This document shows, in pieces, positions 46,721-58,960 of a stretch of 64,000 nucleotides of DNA. Position 1 is the stretch's first letter; the number at the start of each line of letters is the position of its first letter. The notes under the pieces were generated by a model that ran no database searches, was not told the origin of the DNA, and saw only the letters and a program-made list of their open reading frames with translations. Source of the DNA: the human T2T-CHM13v2.0 reference genome, Homo sapiens; the NCBI RefSeq assembly GCF_009914755.1, contig NC_060925.1; one strand, written 5' to 3'. The translations under genes and the position numbers were made by a program.

Positions 46721-47651
46721 TTAGGAAATTGAGGCAAAACCTTTATTTGGAAATACTTTTATTAGCCCAATTTGTGTTACTGTTTGTTCTTAAGAGTAAT
46801 AAAAATTGCATTTATTTAAAACAATACTCCAGATTTTAAAATATTTCTTTAATTTAGACTAGCAATCCTTCCACAATTCTATGATATCCTGAGGTTTTCT
46901 GGTACTGAGCCAATTCATTGGATGGCTTAATTGACATCTATTCACAGCCTCACCCCATTTGTCAGAAAGGGATGCCTTGGGCAAGTCATTGGAGAAAGAG
47001 TGGAAGGTGCTGTAAATATGAATAAGACTTGGTCCCAAAATTTGAGCAGCTCAAAACCAAATGAATATTTGGAAAGTCTGCATTTGTAAAGCTCGTAGAG
47101 GTCCAGAATCACATCTCTTTATCTTGCTTTGCCTGATGACTACCCATGCACAATGCAGAGGAGGAGACTAGTTAGGAGATGGGTCAGGCACTGCTCCTGT
47201 GGAAATCTTACAATTTGTAGTGTTTTATGGTTTATAAATCATTTTAAATTCTGGTCTTGTTTGACCTTTGCAATTTTCTGCAAATATATAGAGCCGAGAG
47301 GTTTTTAACCTACTTTATAGAACAAGGAAACTGAGGCTTGGCTAGAACCCCAGAGTCAGTAACAGTGACAGTGACAGAGTGTTTCCCAGACCTACTGTCT
47401 TTCCATGATCTCATGGGATTTGTGATCACAGTGAGACCAGAACACAGACTTCAGTCCTACAACCATTGGGTGGGTAGCATCATACTAAGGAAGCTTATAT
47501 GCTATTGGAGAATATGGAGAGTGCTCCAAAGAAACTGAACAAAATTCCCAGAACATTCCCATTCTGCAAATCTTCAGACCCTTTTGATGTGTTCTTTTTT
47601 TTTAGCATTTCTTTTTTAAAAATTTTAATTGACACGTTGTAATTGTACATA

Positions 47652-48450
47652 CAATTGACCCTTGAACAACACAAGGGTTAGTGGTACTGACCCCTACACA
47701 GTCAAAAATCTGCATATAACTTTTAACTTCCCAAAAACTTAATTAGTAATAGCCTACTATTGACTAGAAACCTTATCAATAATAGAAATAGATGATGAAC
47801 ATACATTTTGTATGTTATATACCATGCTCTTATAATAAAGTAAGCTAAAGAAAAGAAAATGTTAAGAAAACCATAAGGAAAAATATATTTATTATTTATT
47901 AAGTGAAAGTGATTCATCATAAAGGCCTTCATCCTGTTGTCATCCCATTGAGTAGGCTGAGGAGGAGGAGGAAGAAGAGTGTAGGTCTTGCTGTCTCAGG
48001 GCAGAGGCAAAAGAAAATCCATGTATAAGTGGACCCACACAGTTCAAAGCTGTTGTACTAGTCCGTTCTCACACTGCTAATAAAGACATACCTGAGACTG
48101 GGTAATTTATAAAGGGAAGAGGTTTAATTGACTCACAGTTCAGCATGGCTGCAGAAGCCTCAGGAAATTTACAATCATGGCAGAAAAAAAAGCAAACACA
48201 TCTTCTTTTCATATGGCAGCAGCAAGAAGTGCCGAGCAAAGGGGAGAAAAGTCCCTTATAAAACCATCAGATCTTGTGAGTACTCAGTCACTATCATGAG
48301 AACAGCATGGAGGTAACCACCCCCATGATTCAATTAACTCCCATGGCTCCCTCCCACGACACATGGGGATTATGGGAACTACAATTCAAGATGAGATTTG
48401 GGTGGGGACACAGCCAAACCATATCAGCTGTGTTGTTCAAAGGTCAACTG
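47652..48450. mobile_element. Tigger2a (MER28-like) DNA transposon interrupted by THE1
   Basis: TIRs caattgacccttgaacaacac...gtgttgttcaaaggtcaactg, TA at 47650-47651 and 48451-48452. Confidence 0.92.
48054..48426 (-). mobile_element. THE1C-like MaLR solo LTR
   Basis: tgtactagtccgttctcacactgctaataaagacatacctgagactggg...cagccaaaccatatca. Perfect TSD gctgt at 48049-48053 and 48427-48431. Confidence 0.95.
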
Positions 48451-48899
48451 TATTCATGGGGGTACAATTTGATCTTTTGGTACAATGTGCTCTTGACACT
48501 GGGGAAAAAGAGTAGAAAGAACACTGGCCCCAAATTGCAAAAATGGGTCCTCATTCTGCTCCTTCCACTCTCTGTGTCCTTCTCCTCTTTTCATGCCTTA
48601 GTAGCAGCATTGGTAGTATGAGGATGTTGATTTAATGTCATCTCAGATCCTGCCAGCCCTGACTTCTGTGGTTCATCTAGGTCTGCTCCCCTATGCTTGG
48701 ACAGGGTTTCACCCTGCGTCCTCCAAGCAGCCTCATGATTGAGAAGCCAGAGTGACAAATAAACCACAGTGGGTCTGGTTTACTGAAGTGTAAAGGAAAA
48801 ATGTTTGGGTGCTGTTATTCATTAGCACTTCAGAAGTCTGCTGGAAAATAACCTGGTGACTTCTGAATCAGGGTAGGAATCAGGTAGGAATTTAATTAA

Positions 48900-49365
48900 A
48901 GCATTCATTCATTCATTCACTCATTCAAGTGATATACGGAAGAGTTTTGACTATGGGCTAGACATTAGGAACGAAACATTGGAACCTCATCCATGAGCAA
49001 AATCAGGCACAATTTTTGCCTTTCTCAAGCTTATGATCCACTGGAAGAGACCGACATGAATCAATTAACACAAAGAGTATAAAGTTACAACTGTAGTAAG
49101 TGCCATAAATGGGAAGCGCACAGTGCTTTAAGAAAATATAATGGTTAGGGGGATTTGACTTAGTTGGGGGGATCACGGGAGAGCTAACCAGGCAAAGAAG
49201 GAAGAACAATGTTTCAAATGAGAAGTTTATGGAGCATGGAGCCTCCATGGTGGTGGGGAATGGGATGAATTCATGGTCTGTGAAAAGCCAGAGTACAGGA
49301 ATTGCTGAGAGCAAGGAGAGCAGGATGCAGGATGGGACTGAGATGGAGGAGCCAGACCAAGAGTA
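48900..49365 (-). mobile_element. L2 3' end
   Basis: (ATTC)n terminus attcattcattcattcactcattcaa followed by antisense L2 body. Confidence 0.7.
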
Positions 49366-49559
49366 CTTTAAAAAATGTTTTTAATATGTACATTTTTTTA
49401 ACCTGGCAATTTCAACTCTAAGAACTGATCCTTGTACAAGTCTTCAAAGTCATACACATACACACAGAAACACAAAGATGTTTATTGAAGCATGAAAATT
49501 TGTAACATGCTTAGATATTGTTGATTAAATCCTGGTATATCTCTTGCAATGGAATAGCA

Positions 49560-49680
49560 CTTTTATTCCCATTTCACAGATAGGGAAATTGAGCTCGCAT
49601 AACTTATTCTGGTTCACCCAGCTACTCAGTGGAGTTGCTAGGCTCTGGATGCAGGCATCTTGACTCCAGGGCTTACTTTA
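49560..49680 (-). mobile_element. MIR core fragment
   Basis: ttattcccatttcacagatagggaaattgagctc...ggttcacccagcta...tgactccagggc. Confidence 0.7.
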
Positions 49681-49975
49681 AGCTTCATGAGAGTCAGGAC
49701 TGTGTGTGTTTTAGCTCACCATTGATCCCTGGCATGGGACTCACAGTAGGAATATACTAAATGTTTTGTGAATTGAATTGATTAGTTTCTGGTAGGCCAA
49801 TTCTCCTCTGGGTCTCCTGTGGACCTCAAAGCTAGATTTTGCTTGAGATTGGGAGATTCATCCCATCTATTCTATTTTGGCACCTTTTGTACCTCTTAGA
49901 GCTTTGGGGGCCCACATTCTATTGCAAGTCCTGAGCGTTCAGGAACAGCCCCTACGAGAATTTTCCTTCACTTCT

Positions 49976-50101
49976 TTTATTATTATTATTATTATTATTG
50001 TTATACGATAAGTTTTAGGGTACATGTGCACAACGTGCAGGTTTGTTACATATGTATACATGTGCCATGTTGGTGTGCTGCACCCATTAACTCGTCATTT
50101 A
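49976..50101 (-). mobile_element. Extremely 5'-truncated L1PA insertion (~126 bp) with a (TTA)n tail
   Basis: taagttttagggtacatgtgcacaacgtgcagg...cccattaactcgtcattta. TSD tccttcacttct (49964-49975) / tcctccacttct (50102-50113). Confidence 0.93.
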
Positions 50102-51294
50102 TCCTCCACTTCTAAGACTAGCTCTTTCATTTTCATCCCTTGGCCCATCTCCTGTTTTTCCATCTCCCCTACCTTAGGAAGCAGGCAGGATTTTGCCTGT
50201 GCATTTCTTTCCAGTATTTTGCTGCTGCTTCTTTTCTTCTTCACCTACGTCATCCAGTACTTAGGGCAGTTACTCAAGGAAATGCCTTGGGCATCTCTGG
50301 CATACCTGAATTTTCTCTCAGGCTTTCAGCTATAGACTTAAGATCCTGTTCCTATACATGACATTCCAGCTTCCAGGTCTGTCCCCAACTATGTCACTTA
50401 ACCTTCAAATTCAATGGGCCTCCACTGATGTAGCTCTAGTAGAGTCAGAGCAGCTAACCAAATAGAGTTCTCATGGCTTCTCATGCTTCTGATGCAGACG
50501 AGGCTCTCACAGTTAATAAGTGCATCTGTAAGCATGGCCTCTTCCTGGAATGCATATGGTCCTACTCTCACAAGGGCCTTATAGCAGGAGGTGGACCTGA
50601 CTCTTGAGGCTGGCACATGAGTGCTGGCCAAACATGAAGGGCAGAGATCCATTAACGTCATGTTTCCCCAGATCTGCTTGCTTGTGGCTTGCTTGAAGCC
50701 TCCATCTGGCCTGGCCTGTTTAATTTGAGCTCCTTTCTGCCTCCTGACCTGAGAGCCTGAAGGGCAGGACAAGGCATGCCTCATGTCACCCTCACTCTGC
50801 TCAGTCCTGCCACTGATGTTTTGCAGACACTGCAGAATAATGAACAAGAGAATGTCAAGGGCTTTGTGGAGGAATGTCTTGTGTATACAGATTGGACACT
50901 TAGATCATGAGAATTCACTATATATGTTCCTTGCTAATTGTTATTTTTTTGAAGCAGCTGTTATGGAGGAGTTAGAATGAAGGAATAGGAAGACATTGCT
51001 GAGCTGAGGTGGGGATGGAATTCAGAGCCAAGCCATTATTGGAATGAGGCATTGACATGGTAATGCAGAGATCGAAGGGTGCCTTTTAGAAAGGGAACCC
51101 CGGTTCCCTCCTCTCCTGTTTCCATCTCTTTCTTTTCCTGCCATCTGCTGCCACTCCCCGCTGCAACTGTTCTTGAAATTTCTTCTGCTATTTAGTCCCA
51201 TGACCTATTCCTGGACTGATATCTATAATATGTTTGGCTCCTGAAACACCTTTCCTATTTGGAATGGAGAAGGAAGACAGGACAGGAGAGGAAA

Positions 51295-51515
51295 CTTTAA
51301 TGTGACAAGCACCTACTCTGTGTCAGGCACCACCCTAGGCACTTCACTTATGTTGTCCAATTTCATTCTTGTAACAATCCAAGGAGACAGGTGTGGTTAC
51401 CCCCATTTTTAGAGATGAGGAGCCTACGGCACAGGTAAGGTCAGTAACTTTCTCAAGGTCAGTGGGTCAATAAATGGAGCTCAGTGACATAACCAGTTCT
51501 GCCTGACTGGGAGCT
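51295..51515 (-). mobile_element. MIR
   Basis: agcacctactctgtgtcaggcac...ccccatttttagagatgagga...gtaactttctcaaggtca. Confidence 0.8.
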
Positions 51516-52809
51516 AATCTCTTGTCCTTGCTAGAAAACAGCAGTTCTCCAGGACAGCTGGACGAGCAAGGAAGCGGAAGCCTCCTGATGACTTAGACAT
51601 ATCAAAGTTTAAAACATTTTGGGCTATCAGTGGAAAGAAGTTTCCTAAACTCAGCATGGCCTTCTCTTTTCCTCTTTTCTCTGGCTTAGAGATAAGGCTG
51701 TGTATGTATTGAATTGTACCTGTGCTGCGGTTTCCCAGCTGGGCACCTTTCCCTGAGTGGGCACAGACTAACATTAGAGGACAAAGAGCCACTGAGCAAT
51801 TCCAGTGCTGGACCCAGGTATGGGTCTGAAACTCGCTGACCAAATCTCCCTAAGTTCTATCTGTCCCCACAAGGAAACCCAAAGAGGCTGGTGCTTGGAG
51901 AGTGTCATCTCCCCCTACCCTCGTTCCTAGCTCGAGTATGCTTTTCTTGGCACTGGAGAGTCAACAGGTGTGAACAAGTGTACAGAGACCTGGCATGGCA
52001 GGGCTGGCAGCGCTTACGGCCTTCACTCACAAGAGATGGCAATTGCCACCTTCTGCAGGCTGCCCATCAAAACACATTGTTGCCTGGCACCTCCATAGGC
52101 TCCAACCAACTTGGAGCGGGCACCAAGCCATCCCAGCAGATGGGCAGAAGGGGTGGGGAGCGGCCAAGGCAGCCCCATCCTGAAGGTGCATAAAGTGATG
52201 GTGGTGAGGGTTTGATTTCCAACTGCGGATGCATTAGGATAACTCTCTCCATCTTAGATTTATAGGTCAGGAGTTACAGGGGGAGGGGGCTTACGGTTTA
52301 GCCCGCACCCAGCTGGCTGGGTTTGTTTTTCTGTGGAAAAAAAAGTCACTTGGAACCCATCAGAATATTGTGGCTTTGACTTTCAGGGCCTTAAAAGTAA
52401 TTTGGGAAATCAGGGAACAACACTGAAGATAGTAGGAGATAAAGAAGGACAAGAAAGGATCCTAAAGAGGTTTCTGCTTACTACGAACCGTCTTCCTCCC
52501 CGTTCTCCACTGCACCCCAGCTATGCTAACAGCAGACTAACAGAATCCTCCCTGCCACCAGGCCAGGCTAATCAAGGTTGAGAGCATGGCTGGAGCCCTT
52601 GCCATGGGTGGTTGGTAACACAAGTGAGCAGTTATCTCAGAGCTAGGAGCAGGCTCCTTGCCGGCCTTCAGAGGGGGATGTGCAGTGTCCCATTGCCCAA
52701 GCAACTGCGTCATGGATTTGGGAACTCAAGGGGGTGATTGTCAGCATGTGCCACCGTCTTGAGAGAATCACCTAGGCCTGGCCTACAGGTACTGTGGGGA
52801 ACACTGTTG

Positions 52810-53330
52810 AGGTGGGGAACAGCCATGCAAAGTCTCCAAGAGGGGAAAGTGTGTCCCAGGAGCAACTAATAGGCTATCTGGGGAGAGCAGAGGGAGAGTG
52901 AAAGGAAGTGGGAGAAAGTGAGGCCCAAAAGGTGTTACACAGGACCCTAATGCCAGCCTAGGGAAGTTCAGGCTTCACTTGACAGGCAGTGGGAGCTGTG
53001 GAAGGTTTTTGAGTACAGAGTGCTTCGATCAGAGCTCTCCCTGAGAAATTAGGAAACGGTGGCAACATGCAGGAAGAGCCAGAACCAGGGAGTCAGGGCT
53101 CAGGGGCTGCCATGATGGTGCATGCCAGACTGAGTCCAGCGGCAGTGGGAATGGAAAGAAAAGGTGAGTGGGAAGTCCTTCACTAGGATGCACTGATGAC
53201 TGACTTTGACTGACTTGGACAGAGGGAGGAGCAAAAGAAGACTTTTGAGGAACTGAGAGAAAAATGGGGCCATTAACAGAGAAACAAGAATCAGGAGGTT
53301 CTGGCTTGATGGAAGGTCTTTCATGTGGGT
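52810..53330 (-). mobile_element. L2 relic
   Basis: aggcagtgggagctgtggaaggtttttgag...gagaaaaatggggccattaacagaga. Confidence 0.55.
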
Positions 53331-53481
53331 TGCTAGAATCAATATGGTACATATTATTTTGTGCTATTATTTGTGGGTTCTTGTGATCTAGGCCATTCCT
53401 GTCTCTCTGGAAGGAACATGGATAACTGTAACTTTCTGTAGTGGTTTATTATTCTCACAAGGAAACTAACGTTCCTGGTAA

Positions 53482-53589
<108 letters not shown>

Positions 53590-53667
53590 TGAAAGCCAGC
53601 CTCTTGTTTCCCTGAAACGTTCTCTCCACTTCCACACGTTGCTATAATCTTTTGGTTATCATGTTGA

Positions 53668-53811
<144 letters not shown>

Positions 53812-53814
53812 TGA

Positions 53815-53922
<108 letters not shown>

Positions 53923-54254
53923 TGATTTGCCCACCTTTCTTGTATATGTTCTTTGGCAACCACAGAATCTTTATGATCTCTTTCCAGGATAGCAAATAGG
54001 TTTCATTTCTTGCATAAACTCTGAAAAACTGACAGTGGCTGCCTGGAGTATTGTCTTGGAAAAGAATTTTAAGCTTGTGACTGGACTCAGTGGAAGGCAG
54101 TGCTGTGATCAATTAGTGATGTCTGTCACAGACAGCGAATGGGAAAGGAGTGAATGCTGTGTATCTGAAGTCTCTTATCCAGGTCAAGCCTGACTTTTAA
54201 AAGATGCAAAATTTAAGGCCTGGAAAAACACAGAGACTTATTGAAGATCATAAA

Positions 54255-54560
54255 AGCTAACATGAATGTTTAGTATGTGCTAGGGAGTATTCTAAACACT
54301 TCCTATATAGTAACTCATTTAATCCTTACAACACCCGCTTGGTGTTCATCCTCATTTGATAGATGAGGAAATAGCCACAGAGAGGTTACCAGGCTTCCTA
54401 AAGATAGAGTAGAAAAAGGAGCAAGTTTTCAAATCCAGATAGGCTGAGGTAACCTGCATCCTTCAACCACTGCTCTTCTGCTGGTGTGCAAACCACACAG
54501 CTCCTTAGCAATGGGGCCCAGAACTCAGGTCTCCTGATTTCTAGCCCAGAGTTCCTTCCT
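54255..54560 (-). mobile_element. MIR fragment(s)
   Basis: aactcatttaatccttacaacacc...atcctcatttgatagatgaggaaa...cacagagaggtta; agaactcaggtctcctgattt. Confidence 0.7.
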
Positions 54561-55499
54561 CCCATGGAAATATGAACTGATATGCTTCCCAATGCTAAAA
54601 ACTTGGGAGAAAAACAAAAAAGAGCATTAAGAGATGAACAATTTATTACTTAGGATATGCCTGGCACTGTGCTAGGAGTTGAGCAGTCAAAAATAAGTAT
54701 TATTCACTGTCCTTAAGAAGCTCTTACTTCAGAATAGAAAAGGCTCTTCTCAAGTTCCACTTCATTTGTAAAGTCTTTGCCCGCTACAGCTACCCTGATT
54801 TCAGAGCCTGCTGGTAACATTCTCCTCTTCCATGCTCTCAGCGTCACTGCCACCTCCTTCTCCCCAATCATGGTTAATCCTACGATTAAGTTCGCACTGA
54901 GGACATACTATATCAACACTGAGAAGAGTTCTAAGGTACCCTACAACCTACTGACACTGCAAACTACCTAGTGGCTTGGCATCAGGGGGATTTGTGCATT
55001 TTGCATTAAGAAAGCCGATCAGCTTAGGTCAAGCAGGCTCCATATGGAGGTTCATTTTATTAATTCCTCTTTAGACATTGGGCCCATGGCTGTGTTACCA
55101 GTTCATTTATTTATACCACATCTCTTTTCAGGAAGAATCTGAAGTGGCCATATACAATAAGATGAGTGGAGCAGAATAAAACTAGAAAAATCTTGGCTGA
55201 GACAAAGAGAAGGCAAATATTGCCAACCACACAGGTTAAAACAGTTGTGATGCAGCAATACGTTTGGTGTTGAGTTTCCTAGTGGCCAGAAAAGAACGGA
55301 AAGCAGAGTAATACAGCTTTCATTCTTGGAAAGGAGAAAGCATAATAACACTGCAGGGTCCCCCACCTCATCTAAGTCTAGAGACATGTATTCATCATAT
55401 CTGCCTGGGGCCCTGGGAGCCCCTCAGTCTGATTTCCTCTGTGGCTTGTCCTCAGTGCAGTATCTCTGCAGATTACCTCCCTCTGACCCTTACCCCACT

Positions 55500-55960
55500 G
55501 GAGTTTTCTCTTAATAAAACAGGTAATCCCCAGGGTATATAGAATTCAGGGTTGTTGATTTGTGGCTTGGCAATGTCTTTGAGGAGGCAGGTTCTTCCCA
55601 TCTTTCTGCTTGGCCATTCTTAGAGCTGGCTTTCTCCTGGCCTGGTCACCAAAAGGGCTGCAACAGCTCCAGGTAACCACTCACAACATGCCCAAGGAAG
55701 CCAGAGAGACCGTCTCTTCCTGTGGCTCTCTTTTAGGCGCGAGGAGTCCCCCTCTTGTGTCGTTGGCTAGGATCAGGTCACATGCTCATTCCTGAACCAA
55801 TCACTGTGGAATAGGATTGCCCTTAGACCAATCTGAGAGCTGGGGGTGGGGTGATAAGAGGCTCCTGGCTGCCTGGGTTTACTAAGCGAGAACAAAGCTG
55901 AGGTTCTTTTGGCCTGGAAGAGGAGGGAAATGGAGGCCGAGAAGGCAGCCAATAGTGTTC
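55500..55960 (-). mobile_element. MLT1K/J-like MaLR LTR
   Basis: caggttcttcccatctttctgct...ggctgcaacagctccagg...ggtcacatgctcattcctgaaccaatcactgtgg...ggcagccaatagtgt. Confidence 0.7.
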
Positions 55961-56224
55961 CCTTCACTTGTCAAATACTATAAACACTTTTTTTTTTCCA
56001 GTCTGTGTTTTAGGAGGCATCTGCTAGAGGCATATGTAAGATGAAGCCAAAGAATCTGGCAGATAGTTCTGAACGTTCCTATCAAGTTCAGGGTTATAAA
56101 AAATGATACAAAGTGTTTCGGCCCTTCAGGTCTGTTTATGCTGCATAAAACGGAGTAAATGATCCAAAGCGGGTGGAGGATGCTTTTAAAGGGAAAAGCC
56201 TAAAATAACAGCTCCCCTTTTGAA

Positions 56225-56490
56225 GGTTTTGTTAAGTAATACCTTCTGGGGGCTCAGTGTTATTCTAGGCACTGGACTGACAGTGGAGGAAAAGATAGTG
56301 TCCCTTCTATTACGGAATTTATGCATTGGGCAGACAATCAGCAAATAAGTAAATGAGCAAAACAATTTCAAAGCATGCTAATGAATATAAACTGCATGAG
56401 GACAGAGGTGTTTAGTTTGTGGTGCATGGTTTCCAGTGCCTAGGACAACACCTGGGGTATAGTGAGCCTTCAGCAAATACTGAATAAATT
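56225..56490. mobile_element. Two L2 3' fragments in opposite orientations
   Basis: ttctaggcactggactgacagtgg...gggcagacaat (antisense); ataaactgcatgaggacagag...ccagtgcctaggaca...gcaaatactgaataaat (sense). Confidence 0.6.
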
Positions 56491-56697
56491 AACGAACAAA
56501 GACCAAGACAGGAAAGTGGGGCAACCTCATCCTACCTTGATAAAAGGTGAGCCGTTGAGTGTGTGTGTTTATACCTTGGGCCTGGATGGCAGAGGGTTGG
56601 GTAAGAACAGATTGAAAGCATACGAGAGCTAGCTGCCATCTTCTTTCCTTCTTGACATATGCAGCCTTTGCTCCAGTGCCCCCAACTGGGAGGCTGG

Positions 56698-57284
56698 TGT
56701 TGTGCCAAACCCCTGTTAACCTCAATAGGGAGGCACCAGGTTCAAGAGGCTGAAGAAAAGACCCAGAGCCAGCGAAGGAGACATGGCGTTTTATTAGGGG
56801 CTTACATACAGGGGAGAGCCCAGTGGGGGGCGGGCTGGACAGGAGAACCACCTGATATACAGAATTGGTCCGGTGGTGGTGGGCTAGACATGATATCTGC
56901 GTTCCTACAATTCATTGGTTGTAGGCTGGACAACATATCCACCTTACATATGGTGCAGTGGCAGTGGACTGGACAGACAAGCTGCAACTGCTTGCAAAGA
57001 GCATGCAATTTATATAATATTTTCACTTCAAACCCTCCCTTTAATGGCCTCCACCTGGCAACTTCATATAATCCAAATCTCAGGGCCTCCATTCTCTGTA
57101 AGGCCGTGCTCCTTGCGATAGGCAGGGGCTCAGATGTTCCTCATAGACAAAGAGTGAATCTCTGGGTTGGCCACTCCTGAATTCCCTAGTTTGGAAAACA
57201 TTTTCAGGTGGGAGTCTGCCATACAGGGCCAATCCATTCTAAGGCTATACTTAAGTTATTGCCACTGGGAGCGTTTACCCTGCA
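56698..57284 (-). mobile_element. Solo ERVL LTR, LTR47-like (copy 2)
   Basis: tgttgtgccaaacccct...ttaagttattgcc...gcgtttaccctgca. Perfect 5-bp TSD gctgg at 56693-56697 and 57285-57289. Minus-strand AATAAA at 56790-56795 and TATATAAA at 57009-57016. Confidence 0.88.
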
Positions 57285-57299
57285 GCTGGTTTGCTTAAT

Positions 57300-57510
57300 T
57301 GGAAGGGGGTTGGACTTGAGAGTTGGAACGCTGGCTGTAACCTTAATCTTGGCATACTAGCTGTGTGTTGGCCAATTCTCTGAGCCTCAGTTTACTTGTT
57401 TGCAAACAAACCTGGGATAATAACACTCATGTCACAGGTGTGTTATGAAGACTCAATGAGACACATTATGTGACAATGCCTGCTGCTTGACACAGAAGCC
57501 TTTATAAAAA
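57300..57510 (+). mobile_element. MIR
   Basis: tactagctgtgtgttggcca...tctctgagcctcagtttac...gggataataaca...tcacaggtgtgttatgaagactcaatgaga. Confidence 0.7.
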
Positions 57511-58829
57511 TGGTCCTTTTGTCCCCTCACCTACCAGGAGTCTGAGCTAGAGTCCCAAGTGAGCTTCTTTCCTCTTGATATTGTAGAAGTCATCACAGCC
57601 TGGTGGTAGTCACCCAGAATTCTAGGCCCACAGGGAATGTGGGTGTGTGAGTTTGTGGGCAAACTGGCTGCTGTGTTTGGGGGCAATTAGATATATACCT
57701 CTGGGAGCTTCCCATAACTTTCATGCTTAAAAATGTTCTGACTGCTTGAGATGTTTAGATTATTGATGACCTGCAAATGAGGTTCCAGGTGCTTTGTATA
57801 TATCTATTGGCTCTTATGAACATGGTCACTTTTTGGCTTTCTTCTTTGTTAGAAGAGATTAGGTATGAAGAATAATAAGGCAGGGACCTCATTGTAGGAG
57901 GGAAGCCTGAGTCTCTGATTTGGGGTGGATCCATCTGAAGCAAGGGAGTCCAAGGGGGAAGAGAGCATGGTCCCATCAGGAGGGACTGGAACTCCCAGGA
58001 GTCTTTCCTATCAGGACATCTGACCATTAAGAGGATAGGTCAGCTCCCTCCCAGGTCCTTAGCAGGAATAACTTCCTTCCTTTGAGAAGATCCTTGGCTC
58101 CCAGGTTTGGTGGGCCAATAAATCTCAGTTTGGTGAGATAACTGAGGAGGAAAGAAATGTCAACCCTGTGGCAAATTTGCAGCGTTAAGTCCTGGGCCCA
58201 GCATCTCCTTCAATCCTGGATGTTTTAGGATTTTTGATTATGACTCTTCTAGGACATGCTCTCTTGTTCTTTGTGTGAGAAATCTCTTATTAGGTAGTAC
58301 AGAATCAGAGCCTAGCTGAGCCTTACATTGGCTTGAGGAAGACAGGAAAAAAGCCTGTCACATGATCCCACCTATGCCGAGGGAGCAGTGACTGTGGCTG
58401 TGGGTGGTGTGTGTGGTGGTGAAGAATGCCTGGCAAGAGGAAGATTTTAAGGTAGAACGAGAAAATAATTTCACAGAAGTGGTAGGACTCTAGGTGCCCT
58501 TCTAGGAAGAATAGTGTTTAGATTGCTGTAAGGATGAGGGAAAGGTGTTTCTGGAGCAGAAGGTCAGGTTGGGCAGAGGGTGCAGGTAGGAATGAGTTTG
58601 TTTTGAGGAGGGGCAGGAGGAAAATGACAGTACCCATCGAGTACGAGTTTGCTCTGTGCACTAGTACTCATCCTGCCTCTGAAGAACATGCATTTTACTG
58701 GGGGAGATAGATAGACATTAAGCAAGGCAGGAATAAGTAAAATACTTATGGGCTATAATCACCCTATACTTATTTTGAAGGAAATAAACAGGGTTCTGTG
58801 ATAGAGAATGCTAGGATTGTAGTTTACAG

Positions 58830-58960
58830 TATGGTCTTATATTGACTATTTCATCTATACCACAAGTCTTTGATGGAGCCAGGACAGATATTATTATCCC
58901 CATTTTATAGATGAAGTGACTTTGAAAGTTGAGGTGACTGACTAAAGGACACAGCCGTTG
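58830..58960 (-). mobile_element. MIR fragment
   Basis: tattattatccccattttatagatgaag...gttgaggtgactgactaaaggacacagc. Confidence 0.7.

Larger units (their letters stand above)
47610..48490 (-). mobile_element. Short L1MA/MB-type 3' terminus split by Tigger2a
   Basis: ttttaattgacacgttgtaattgtacata|...|ttcatgggggtacaatttgatcttttggtacaatg. Confidence 0.6.
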
